This document shows positions 52,061 to 64,000 of a stretch of 64,000 nt of DNA, one piece after another. The stretch is from Octopus bimaculoides. Lineage: Eukaryota. The first letter of the stretch is position 1. Each line of letters opens with the position of its first letter. The stretch spans positions 13,721,846 to 13,785,845 of the forward strand of contig NC_068998.1 of NCBI RefSeq assembly GCF_001194135.2, given 5' to 3'. Both the position numbers and the translations under genes were made by a program. The notes under the pieces were generated by a model. It was not told where the DNA came from. It saw only the letters and a program-made list of their open reading frames with translations, and did no database searches.

Positions 52061-52362
52061 ACAAGTCTTGTCTTATTAATATAATAAATCATTTATAATC
52101 ATATATAAAATAAAATGTTCAGTTAAAATGAGTCTCATAAATGTGTATATTGTTAACAAAATAATTACTCTGATTTTAAGTTATAATTATGAATAATTGA
52201 TTAGCATAAATGAATTCTGAAAAGTGTGAATTTGTCTGTCTCTTTCATAGTTAATAATAAGTTCGGTCGGCTCGGTGAAGTTTTTATAGCTGACCTAAAG
52301 TAGAATACTAATTTGTGTTGCGAATACCATAGGGTAGGGCTTTTTTCTCTTTCTCTATTCAG

Positions 52363-52377
52363 AAGTTCTACTAACTG
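52363..52377 (+). other. Candidate 15-nt microexon (phase 1-1, EVLLT-)
   Basis: TTTTTTCTCTTTCTCTATTCAG| acceptor and CTG|GTAAAC donor. Confidence 0.25.
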
Positions 52378-52869
52378 GTAAACATCAAACTCTGAGTAGC
52401 AACAGAGAAAAGATGTTTCAGCTCTATAATATTTACGCTGTTTTGAGTATTGAGTACTTTTTCTTCATGTATGTGCGTGTACATGAGTGTTTGACAGCGA
52501 CAGGAGGACAGAAGGAGAGAAAGACACAGGAAGAGAGAAGGAGTGAGAGAAGGAGAAAAGGGGCAATGAGAAGAGAGAGACAGAGAAGGAGTGAGAAAAG
52601 AGAAAAGGAGAAAGAGAAGCGAGAGATAGAGAGAGGCAGCGCAAGAGAGAAAGAAGAGATGGAGGGAGAGACTGGGAGGGAGAGAGGGGGGAGTTGAAAC
52701 GGAGAACAATTGGAAAAGTTGGTCTCCAACTTTTGCTATATGTTCGATCAACAGGTAAGGCAGACAGATTAGAGAAATTTGCCGATCGTTTGTTTCGATT
52801 TGTGCATTTGTCGTGTCGTATATGCGTGTGTACGTTCGCGTATATATAAAAATATATATAAATGACTGT

Positions 52870-52907
<38 letters not shown>

Positions 52908-53340
52908 ACATCGTTTAGTCTGAAAAATCAATTTGGTAGTATCGATCACACTAGAAAGTGCTTTCTTAGGCAACTTATGATAGTAATCACTGAACGCTTT
53001 GCTGTTTTCACTTGACTTATTTTTTATTCTTTCTCTTCTGCATATTCACCTACATATTCTGTAACCATTGACTTAGTAGAAACATGCTCTGACATGGTTA
53101 AAAAATCATGCTTTCTACCCGAGGGATTCAGGTGTTCCTTCCCCCACCCCCGGACAGAGGCGGGCCGCTGTACAGTCTTTTCTCCTTACCACCTTTACTT
53201 ATTTCGTTTAACGCTGTCTGTGTGTCTATAAAATGATTTGTAATACGGGGAAATAAGCACACGCACAAACCACACGCGCCCACACTATCATACATATACT
53301 TCAAACGAATCACCACACACACACACACACACACATATAT

Positions 53341-53574
53341 AAGGCGGCGAGCTGGCAGAAACGTTAGCACGCCGGGCGAAATGCTTAGCAGTATTTCGTC
53401 TGCCGCTACGTTCTGAGTTCATATTCCGCCGAGGTCGACTTTGCCTTTCATCCTTTCGAGGTCCATTAAATAAGTACCAGTTACGCACTGGAAGTTGATA
53501 TAATCGACTTAATCCGTTTGTCTGTCCTTGTTTGTCCCCTCTGTGTGTAGCCCCTTGTGGGTAGTAAAGAAATA
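53341..53574 (+). mobile_element. Full-length young SINE (GCCTTTCATCCTTTCG core, alternative tail); related copies at 13290-13465, 14250-14470, 41080-41290, 44960-45170, 58900-59105, 61770-61965, 62900-63115
   Basis: AAGGCGGCGAGCTGGCAGAAACGTTAGC head, B-box GAGTTCATATTCC and tail AGCCCCTTGTGGGTAGTAAAGAAATA. Confidence 0.9.
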
Positions 53575-53588
53575 ACACACACACACAC

Positions 53589-53629
<41 letters not shown>

Positions 53630-54211
53630 ATCGCACACGTTTATGTACATATCCATAAAATTGACTATCTATACTTCAGTTCACGGGCGTGTGTAACCAT
53701 TATTCTTTTTATATGTCTTTACCCGTATTTAATGTATATAGTAACCGTATAAGAGTTATACGTGTGTGTGCGCGCTCACTCGTATTACACAAATTCATAT
53801 ACATGTGCATGACTATATATATATGTGTGTATATGTATATAGCACTAACACGCTATCATAATAATAGTATTTGGCCAGTGACATGGGCTTTGATAGAGAT
53901 TATTTAGTGGTTTAGTGTATAAATATAATGTATAGATTCATTAAACGTACAATATACGGGGATACATTAAACGTAAAATGTACACAATTCATTACACGTA
54001 CGCTATACATGAAATGTATATCTACACAACACAGTAATACTACACTGAAACTATTTATGTACTTATGCGTAATATCTAACTGTCCGCAAACTTTAAAGTC
54101 AGGAAGCTTACTAAATGTATAAGGCGAACAACAAAATATTTTCAGGTATGCATATGTAAAATCATGCATATTTATTTATATGCCCGTGACTTATTCGTCT
54201 GTGTACATACA

Positions 54212-54263
<52 letters not shown>

Positions 54264-54888
54264 CAGATTTATTTTTGCTTATATATTGTACACTGGGTGA
54301 CATCTTGGCAATCAGCTGCAGAATGACAAACGGAAACAAAGCTAGCTTANNNNNNNNNNNNNNNNNNNNNNNNNNNNNNNNNNNNNNNNNNNNNNNNNNN
54401 NNNNNNNNNNNNNNNNNNNNNNNNNNNNNNNNNNNNNNNNNNNNNNNNNNNNNNNNNNNNNNNNNNNNNNNNNNNNNNNNNNNNNNNNNNNNNNNNNNNN
54501 NNNNNNNNNNNNNNNNNNNNNNNNNNNNNNNNNNNNNNNNNNNNNNNNNNNNNNNNNNNNNNNNNNNNNNNNNNNNNNNNNNNNNNNNNNNNNNNNNNNN
54601 NNNNNNNNNNNNNNNNNNNNNNNNNNNNNNNNNNNNNNNNNNNNNNNNNNNNNNNNNNNNNNNNNNNNNNNNNNNNNNNNNNNNNNNNNNNNNNNNNNNN
54701 NNNNNNNNNNNNNNNNNNNNNNNNNNNNNNNNNNNNNNNNNNNNNNNNNNNNNNNNNNNNNNNNNNNNNNNNNNNNNNNNNNNNNNNNNNNNNNNNNNNN
54801 NNNNNNNNNNNNNNNNNNNNNNNNNNNNNNNNNNNNNNNNNNNNNNNNNNNNNNNNNNNNNNNNNNNNNNNNNNNNNNNNNNNNNNNN

Positions 54889-54938
<50 letters not shown>

Positions 54939-55076
54939 AAGAGAGAGAGAGAGAGAGATGTGTGTGCTTGTGTGTGTGTGCATTAAATTAGTGGCACCAG
55001 TTCTCTGAAGCTACAAGATTTGGCGTATATATAAACCGATTAGTTACTTATTTCTCTAGGATTGGTCAAATGATGT

Positions 55077-55124
55077 ACACCTCTGATGAGACTCCAATAA
55101 GGGTCGAAAATCAAGTAAGGCTGT
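55077..55124 (+). ncRNA. Minimal type-I hammerhead motif (slightly degenerate)
   Basis: ACACCT-CTGATGA-GACTCCAATAAGGGTC-GAAA-ATCAAG-TA-AGG(C)TGT, with a 5-bp stem II and a bulged 6-bp stem I. Confidence 0.6.
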
Positions 55125-55391
55125 TCGTCATTTTATCATTCTACTGAGAATTTAGTAAGTTTGACGTGCTTGTATATTATGTAGGTTTGTATGCGGAGAG
55201 AGAGAGAGAGCTATTCTGAGGGTGCTTGACCTGTCAGAAAGAGTAGTGAAATCCGTTGAATCACATTTGCTTTACAAAAGGAAGTACAGTCTGGACAATG
55301 TCGTCCTTGATATGCAAAAAGAAAAAATGTAACAAGTGAAATTTGGAACACTTTTGATCTTAGTTTGCTGAATGATCAATCAGGGCAGGTC

Positions 55392-55578
55392 TACTGGCTT
55401 AGCTAGAATGTGTGTCACCAGGGGCAGCCCTTAAATTAGCAATTAGCTGCCCCCATCTGCCCTCCCCACCACACCCCTAAAAAAATGCAGCGTACAACCC
55501 AACAAAATACGACCCAGAACTGCCACCCCTATAAAATCGTCGACCGGGATGGACCACCGACTCCTAGCTACGCTGCTG
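55392..55578. mobile_element. hAT-type MITE (related fragment ~57240-57420)
   Basis: Termini TACTGGCTTAGCTAG / CTAGCTACGCTGCTG resemble CAGTGGCGTAGCTAG TIRs. Confidence 0.45.
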
Positions 55579-56449
55579 GGTGGGCCTAGGGTTAAATAAC
55601 AACAACACACACAATATATACATACATATATATANNNNNNNNNNNNNNNNNNNNNNNNNNNNNNNNNNNNNNNNNNNNNNNNNNNNNNNNNNNNNNNNNN
55701 NNNNNNNNNNNNNNNNNNNNNNNNNNNNNNNNNNNNNNNNNNNNNNNNNNNNNNNNNNNNNNNNNNNNNNNNNNNNNNNNNNNNNNNNNNNNNNNNNNNN
55801 NNNNNNNNNNNNNNNNNNNNNNNNNNNNNNNNNNNNNNNNNNNNNNNNNNNNNNNNNNNNNNNNNNNNNNNNNNNNNNNNNNNNNNNNNNNNNNNNNNNN
55901 NNNNNNNNNNNNNNNNNNNNNNNNNNNNNNNNNNNNNNNNNNNNNNNNNNNNNNNNNNNNNNNNNNNNNNNNNNNNNNNNNNNNNNNNNNNNNNNNNNNN
56001 NNNNNNNNNNNNNNNNNNNNNNNNNNNNNNNNNNNNNNNNNNNNNNNNNNNNNNNNNNNNNNNNNNNNNNNNNNNNNNNNNNNNNNNNNNNNNNNNNNNN
56101 NNNNNNNNNNNNNNNNNNNNNNNNNNNNNNNNNNNNNNNNNNNNNNNNNNNNNNNNNNNNNNNNNNNNNNNNNNNNNNNNNNNNNNNNNNNNNNNNNNNN
56201 NNNNNNNNNNNNNNNNNNNNNGGGAATGAACCCGGAACCATGTGGTTGGTAAGCAAGCTACTTACCACACAACCACTCCTGCGCCTATATATAAGATAAC
56301 GGCCAACCACATACGCATATGCATATGTAGAGTACACGAACAAAATACAGTTAAATAACGTTGTAGAATGATGTCTATTGATCTATTGATTAATACATAG
56401 ATTGACATATATAACCAGTACACATGTATGCATATAAATATGTGTGAGT

Positions 56450-56487
<38 letters not shown>

Positions 56488-56645
56488 GTGCATGCTCACT
56501 CATGCATATGTGCACACCTTGCACATTCGTAAATACAGACGTACATAAACATTTCCACAAACATATCCAAGTCCTAACAAACACGCATACATACATATAA
56601 TACATACATAGATGCATAAACATGGTCACACATACGTTCCTAAAG

Positions 56646-56681
<36 letters not shown>

Positions 56682-57026
56682 TCATAGACAAATACATATT
56701 ATTTTCATCGATACGTAGATAACGTTCATAAACGCGCGCGCGAACACACATATACACACATGGATGCACGCAAACACAATGCATGTATATTTATTTATTT
56801 ATAGACACATACAAACATATATATTTAGAAGTATGCACGTATGCATTCGGTTGCATCAACAGAAATAAGTGAACCGTGTCTTATGTTTTGTTATTTTTTT
56901 TTTCTCCTCCTATTCGAGAAACCGGCTTTTATTCTTTTCAAAATCTAGAAAGTATGAAGAACACTTCATAAGTACACGTGTGTGCGTGCGCGCGCGCGCG
57001 CGTGTGCGTGTGCGTGTGCGTGTGTG

Positions 57027-57059
<33 letters not shown>

Positions 57060-57961
57060 TTGTGGGTCATAGACGATGTCTACAGATACAGGTGTATCGT
57101 GCAAACATATGTACAAACTGGGGCCTCTAATCCACTGATTCCAAATTTCCTCTATAGCATTCTAGTGCGTAAGTCGCTGAGGGTAACCTTACGTTTCCCA
57201 CATTCTTCTCCCTCTCCCTCCACCCACCACAAAAAATTTGGCTTATACACTAGACCCAGAAGGGCCGCCCTCATAAAAGCCTCGCTCGGGGAGGACTGAC
57301 TAGCTATGTGTGCCGCCAGGGGTAGCCCTTGAGTTTGCCGCAATATTCCGTTCCGAAGCCCTAAAAAGATAACTGCTTATACAGCCGACCTCCAAAATGA
57401 CGCCCTAATAAAAAAAACATCACTCGAGGGGGATCGGTTCTCCCTTTTAATTCTGCAATTGCCTGCATCCCCGGGAAGTCTTTGATTAATTTCTGCACCC
57501 TCTACAAATTGAAAATGAAAATGAAAAAGTCAATTTTCTAACAACTTGAACTCTATTGAGATCTGTGGACAAATACAGTTCTTGGTGGGTTTAATAGAAC
57601 TAAACTAACCCAGTAGAACTCAGTATTGGCTTATAAAGCGCTAATGTACTTTGTAGCATATATTATGGTAGCATAACGAAATACGGTATCCCTACAAGTC
57701 ATTGATAAAACTAATTTGTTTATGGAACAAGGTTGAGAAACAAATTTACTTAATAATTTTATTCTGAAAAGCGATTTTAATAAGATTAATACTTTTCCTC
57801 TTTTTCACATTTCTTGTAATACTATTTCGCACTCTCTAAGAATGCTGATAACCACTGGGCTATTGCACCTCCACCATCGGTACAGTACCAGGGTTCAAAA
57901 GTACCTGAAAATTACTGACCTCCACCATACACCTATTTTTTCTACGTAATATACTAAAAAA

Positions 57962-58258
57962 ATTGTCTGTTCCTTCTCGAGCCATGCCTGGCTCGTAAAG
58001 GCCGGTTTCCCGGTTTCATTGGCGTATAGGTTCCCCACCTGGACGGGACGCCGGTCAGTCGCAGGTGAGCTGCTAGATGAAGGAGGAAAGAAAATTGTAG
58101 CGAAAAAGTCAGCGGAAGTTCACCATTACCTTCTGCCGGCACCGCATGGAGCTTAGGTGTTTCGCTCATAAACACACACACATTGCTCGGTTTGAGATTC
58201 GAACCCGCGATCCCTCGACCACAAGTCCGCTGCCCTAACCACTAGGCCATGTGCCTAC
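57962..58258 (-). mobile_element. tRNA-derived SINE with the same head as 30718-31100 but a different tail
   Basis: Head GGCCTAGTGGTTAGGGCAGCGGACTTGTGG...GGTTCGAATCTC. Tail CTGCGACTGACCGGCGTCCCGTCCAGGTGGGG. Confidence 0.8.
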
Positions 58259-58509
58259 ACATATTGAAACATTGCGATTATATAAATATGAGACCTCTCT
58301 AAAATTAATCAAACTTCACTAGAAGGGTTACTCTAGCTGAGCAACCAACCTGAGAGAGAGAGAGAGAGAGAGAGAAAGTGAGAGGAGAGAAAAGAAAGAG
58401 AGAGAGAGAGCGAGAAAGGGAGAGACAGAAGAGAGAAGGAGGAACTTGTTACTTGTAAGTGTAGTAGGGATAGTGCTGAGTTAGGTATGGCTCAACAAGC
58501 TAAAGCTTA

Positions 58510-58832
58510 CAATTGTATATTTAAAAGATGAGGAATTATGTGCATTATTTACACAATTTACATTATTTACATTCGACGGATATTTGTCTTCATCTTGTTT
58601 GTTGTTAACACAACGTTTCGGCTGATATACTCTCCAGCCTTCTTCTGGTGTCTTGGGGAAATCTCGAACCTGGGTTCTCATTCCTAAGATATTTTTCGAT
58701 GTTATTATTATTATTGTTCAGGTCACTGCTTGGAATCAAACTCGGAATCGTGGGGTTAGTAGCCCACGCTCTTAACCACTACGCCATATACCCACGGGCA
58801 TATGGCGTAGTGGTTCAGTTGAGTACATAACT
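58510..58832 (-). mobile_element. tRNA-headed SINE carrying a hammerhead motif (58607-58652), with a 13-bp TSD
   Basis: A-box TGGCGTAGTGG, B-box GAGTTTGATTCC, anticodon-like arm GTGGG-CTACTAA-C-CCCAC. Ribozyme motif GACAC-CAGAAGA-A-GGCTG...CAGCC-GAAA-CG-TT-GTGTT. AAGCTAAAGCTTA occurs at 58497 and 58833. Confidence 0.8.
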
Positions 58833-59747
58833 AAGCTAAAGCTTAGTTATGTACTCAATAGGCTAAAACTTAATGTTTCACAAACAGCAGGCATCTCAAA
58901 ATAATATTGATTTCAAAGGCCGGCAGTTTTTTGGGGGGAGTTGGGGGTAAGGCCATTGCAACGACCCCAGAACTCAACTGGTTCTTATTTTATCGACCCC
59001 GAAAGGATTAAAGGCAAAGTTGACCTCGGCGGAATTTGAACTCAGAACGTAAATACCGCTAAGCATTTCGCCTGGCGTGCTAACGTTTCTGCCAGCTCGC
59101 CGCCTTAGACCTCAAGATGATATTTTTAAAAAAAATATGGAATACATGTTCTCAATTTTTGTGAAACTTTCTGATGTAATTTTTTAAACAAATGGCATCG
59201 AAGTTCATTAAGTCTAAAACCGACATACGGTAGAGGTATTTGATTGAAATCGAACTAGATTATCATAAATTTGCAGATATAAGTGATCGCAATTGTACAA
59301 CGACATTCATGTATTTCTTGAAAAGTGTTAATCGTGGAAGTGGAAATAGAGAATATGGCTTGAATCAGCTCCAACTAGGTTTTAAAACTTGTCTTTTTAA
59401 TCCATCAAACGAATGAGAATAATGTGTGCTTCTAATTGTGATTACTCCTCTCTTCGCTGAGGAACCTGCTATAATATGTAAGTAATTAATTATAAAGGAC
59501 TCGTATTGCTAGGTGGTTAATCAGTTGCACGACTGTGCTAAATACACATTTGATCGAAATCCGTTTCAGAATCGTGTCAAAAGTGAAAGTAGAATTTTAC
59601 AATCAACAGGTTGTCTTGTTTGCATGGTTATCTTCCATCAGTGACTAATTAATTTTTTACGTCATACAACAAACGAACAAACAAACAAAAGCAAAGTTAC
59701 GTTGCGATGAACTTCGTATTTTAATATGTATATTACTTTTATTATTA

Positions 59748-60999
59748 CTAGCAGTATCCCGATTGAACGGTCTTGCTCTCAGCGTGCGCCAGTAGATTGA
59801 GGAAAGAGGATGAGGAGAGGGCACTTGCCAAGTGTTCAGAGTGACCATAGTATTGTAAGGCTTCCACGTGCAGCCGTCGTAAGTCTCCTCCCTTTTGGAG
59901 AATTTTTTTCTTGTTTAATGTTTCTTATTTCTTTGTTTTTGTTATTTAACTTTTTACACGCATTCACGTCCTCGCATTATACTGTCTCACTCTGCGCTGT
60001 TCTTGCTCTTTGTGTACACCCCTAGTGGTCAATAAAAAAATCATTATTATCAGTATTCCCCGTGGAAATTCCGTGGCTCATTTTGTGGTACAGTGTCAGC
60101 CATAAACATTTCCACACTCGATGATAATAATATCCTATCATTTCTTTCATAATCCTTTGATTAATTTCTAGAAAATCTTGTCTGTTCTCTTCGGTCATGT
60201 TTTCTCTTCCAGCATGTTTTCTCATTCTGGTTTATTCCTAATAATATTCTTGCTTATCATCGTCGTTCATATTTTGCTTTTCTTTCTTGATTAACAATTC
60301 TCGTTCTTTTCCTATTAACTTCAGCTTCGTTGTGCATCAAACGATACCTTCTAGCTTCATTTCTTGCATTTATTTCAATTCTATCCTCCTAAATTCCCAT
60401 CGTTCTTAAATTTTCCTCTCTATCCTCCTAGAAAATAACGATAGCGAGGGACATTCCACAGTTGAATTAGAACAGTCACAAACAGTGAAAGAAGACATGC
60501 ACCCAACACCAGAGCTGAAGACACCTCCGAAAGGGGGTGGCCCCGCCACGTCAAAACGGTGGAGGAGTAGGGGCCGAAACCGGACGTGGTTCCTCCTGAT
60601 GATGTCTTGAGCTAACTGGATCCTATAAAGGAGCTGTTGTGGTAGCAGATCACGAAACGGTTGAAATTCCTCCAAATTCTTTTTGTTTTTTTTTCTTTGC
60701 TCTTTCCCTAATCGTCCCTTGTATCTTCTCTGCCTCTCCCGATTCAATTCTCGCTGTCGCATTCTCTGTTCATTGTCTATCACAGTACACCAAACTCTGT
60801 TTCGGTAATAATATACTTTAGGAAGCACTTAATATTATATTGTTGGTAATGTCTCTACATAGGATGTACAATTACACAACTTTTACGAAGAAAGAAAGAT
60901 GGTTATTAATATACAGATGGTTGGAAAAGAATCTGCATCTAGGACATATCGTCACAAATATCTTACGAAGGCAGTTAAGAACAGGATTTTTAACATAGA
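59748..60999 (-). mobile_element. Non-autonomous Helitron (~1.25 kb)
   Basis: 5' A|TCTATGTTAAAAATCC and 3' CCGTTCAATCGGGATACTG-CTAG|T (A/T target, weak hairpin). The interior holds a decayed charged ORF (RQRELNRERQRRYKGRL). Confidence 0.6.
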
Positions 61000-61092
61000 T
61001 AATAGAATAGAATAGAATAGAATAGATAGATAGATATTCAATCTTCACGACAGTGACTTGCTTTGAGATGCATGCATTAAATTGTCAGGTAA

Positions 61093-61152
<60 letters not shown>

Positions 61153-61361
61153 TCAAGCAAACGTTACTTGCACGTACACCCATACACACGCTTACACAAA
61201 TAGCAACGGTAATGGCGTTCTCATAAATACACAGATCCCCGCTTCTTCACTCCCTCACATACTTACATACACAGTAATTGCCACCTGTGTGTATGTATAC
61301 GAGTGCGCGCCAGTAGCGTTTGCATGTGTTCGTGTGTACACGTGCCAATAGCGTTTTTCTG

Positions 61362-61399
<38 letters not shown>

Positions 61400-61517
61400 T
61401 CTCACTCTCCCACACACATACACACACACGCACTTTTACCATACCTTTTCCACACCCTGACATATTTTTACACCACAGGAATCTTTCCTTAATATTATTG
61501 TGCCTATAGTAGAGAAA

Positions 61518-61562
<45 letters not shown>

Positions 61563-61962
61563 GAGAGAGAGCAAGCATGTCATCTAAGCGACACTGGGAT
61601 ACAAATATACGAAGCCCAATATATCCATCATGGTTACCTGTCTGATAAGGGCAGACCAGGCACATGGATCACAAGAAAATGTGCGCGATATGGTGATCAC
61701 ATATCAAGATAAACAGAGCATGACATTGCAGGTGGGGTTCAGAATTTTCTTCAGGTCAAGTAGCACATCCTGCTGGTAGAATTGTTAGCACGCTGCACAA
61801 GATGCATAGCCGTACTTCGCCCGTCGCTACGTTCTGAGTTCAAATTGCGCCGAGGTCGACTTTACCCTTCATCCTTTCGGAAGGTCCATAAATTAAGTAC
61901 CAGCTGAGTAATCGACTATCCCCCTCCCCCGAATTTCAAACCTTGTGCCTATAATAGAAAAG

Positions 61963-61998
<36 letters not shown>

Positions 61999-62819
61999 NN
62001 NNNNNNNNNNNNNNNNNNNNNNNNNNNNNNNNNNNNNNNNNNNNNNNNNNNNNNNNNNNNNNNNNNNNNNNNNNNNNNNNNNNNNNNNNNNNNNNNNNNN
62101 NNNNNNNNNNNNNNNNNNNNNNNNNNNNNNNNNNNNNNNNNNNNNNNNNNNNNNNNNNNNNNNNNNNNNNNNNNNNNNNNNNNNNNNNNNNNNNNNNNNN
62201 NNNNNNNNNNNNNNNNNNNNNNNNNNNNNNNNNNNNNNNNNNNNNNNNNNNNNNNNNNNNNNNNNNNNNNNNNNNNNNNNNNNNNNNNNNNNNNNNNNNN
62301 NNNNNNNNNNNNNNNNNNNNNNNNNNNNNNNNNNNNNNNNNNNNNNNNNNNNNNNNNNNNNNNNNNNNNNNNNNNNNNNNNNNNNNNNNNNNNNNNNNNN
62401 NNNNNNNNNNNNNNNNNNNNNNNNNNNNNNNNNNNNNNNNNNNNNNNNNNNNNNNNNNNNNNNNNNNNNNNNNNNNNNNNNNNNNNNNNNNNNNNNNNNN
62501 NNNNNNNNNNNNNNNNNNNNNNNNNNNNNNNNNNNNNNNNNNNNNNNNNNNNNNNNNNNNNNNNNNNNNNNNNNNNNNNNNNNNNNNNNNNNNNNNNNNN
62601 NNNNNNNNNNNNNNNNNNNNNNNNNNNNNNNNNNNNNNNNNNNNNNNNNNNNNNNNNNNNNNNNNNNNNNNNNNNNNNNNNNNNNNNNNNNNNNNNNNNN
62701 NNNNNNNNNNNNNTCGCCCGGTCCAGGAATCGAAACCACAATCTTACGATCATGATGCTGATACCCTAACCACTAAGCCACGCGCCTCCACATTATTATT
62801 ATTATTATTATCATTATTA

Positions 62820-62887
<68 letters not shown>

Positions 62888-63110
62888 TTTAGGGCTGTAG
62901 GATAGCAGAATAGTTAGAGTGTGGTAATAAATGTTTCGTGGTATTTCCTCTGGCTCTTCTCGTTCTGAGTTCAAATCCCACCAAAGTCAACTTTATCTTT
63001 CATCATTTTTAGGGGCTCGATAAAATGAGTGTCAGTTGAACATTGGGATCGACATTATAAAGCTAACCACCTCCCTGAAAATGTCAGGCCTTGTGCCTGT
63101 AGTAGAAAGG

Positions 63111-63143
<33 letters not shown>

Positions 63144-63899
63144 TAAGCGATAGAAGTCGGCGACCAAGCATGGTCATAATTCACTGTCTGAAACAACTAA
63201 AAGAAGGACTTGCTATGTAGTTGCTCCATTTGCTAGAAACAGCAACCAAGCTCCCCTCAAAATACACCATACTATATTTTAAGAATATAGCGGGACCCGC
63301 TGTCGATTATTCAATACAGTACCAATACTCTTTAGATAATTGAAAGAAAAACGTGTATTCAAAGCTTTTGACCATGAAGTCTGCTTTATCAAAGATGAAC
63401 TCGTGCTAAATACCACGAAGACAAGAACGACTAGTTCAAGAGTCCCAAGGTTCTTAGTTCGAATCCTTTCTAAGCCGACTTGAGATCCCTAGCCGTCAGT
63501 AAAATTTTAAAAAAATATAATGGAGCATTAGCAATTTATACGGCGACTCTAAAGCAACCGATTTGACATATTCGCCTTGCAACGAGGGAACTTCTACGCA
63601 AAAACTTGACCCACAAGAAACAGCAACCAAATATCGCAGAAATCACATGCAAGATTGAAATAAAGAAGGACGGGTTACAGGAAGTCGTCATTGATGCGGA
63701 TACAAACTAATATATGTGTGTGTGTAAATATATGTGTGTGTGTGTGTGTGTGTAAAGAAGGATGAACCGGTTCGAAACAGCAACAAACGCTATAACAATC
63801 CAACCTTTTCATTAGAGAAATAAGTTTTGGGATGTGCAAGTATTAGACACACACATACACAACTATGAGTTACAGTCACTTACACATATCACACACGCA

Positions 63900-63937
<38 letters not shown>

Positions 63938-64000
63938 AACATTTAGATATATGAGAGGAGAGAGTGAAAGAGTAGGAGAGAGAGAGAGGGAATCTTAGTA

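Noticed and set aside
58720-58795. tRNA-like sequences here and at ~31030-31100, 58190-58258, 62714-62790, 63440-63475
   Set aside because: They are SINE heads with no complete cloverleaf or acceptor stem, and they continue into repeat bodies.
60505-60665. Hammerhead-like CTGAAGA...GGCCCC/GGGGCC-GAAACCGGAC and a second CTGATGA...GAAACGGTT
   Set aside because: It needs an extra inserted hairpin, lacks U16.1 and a proper stem I, and is better explained as decayed coding sequence.

Overview
AT-rich, repeat-saturated animal genomic DNA from a gapped draft scaffold (11 N-gaps). The tRNA-derived SINE families and dense CA/GA/TA/AAT microsatellites point to an Octopus-type coleoid cephalopod (inference). 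There is no CRISPR array, rRNA or bona fide tRNA gene, and all ORF-track ORFs over 200 aa are artefacts of N-gaps and microsatellites. A chain of four phase-compatible minus-strand exons of an unrecognised protein lies at 261-6372, inside a CpG-depleted domain. The rest is mostly decayed mobile DNA: mariner, hAT, Gypsy, L1/Tx1, CR1, RTE, R4/Dong-like, Penelope-like, Helitron/Helentron, MITEs and many SINEs. The most notable observations are (i) four minimal type-I hammerhead-ribozyme motifs from three families, one of them inside a tRNA-headed SINE with a TSD and Penelope-like inverted junctions (58510-58832), next to a decayed Penelope-like element, and (ii) a ~400-bp inverted duplication that would pair with a candidate exon in the pre-mRNA, making a possible ADAR substrate. 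All alignments and folds were done by eye.
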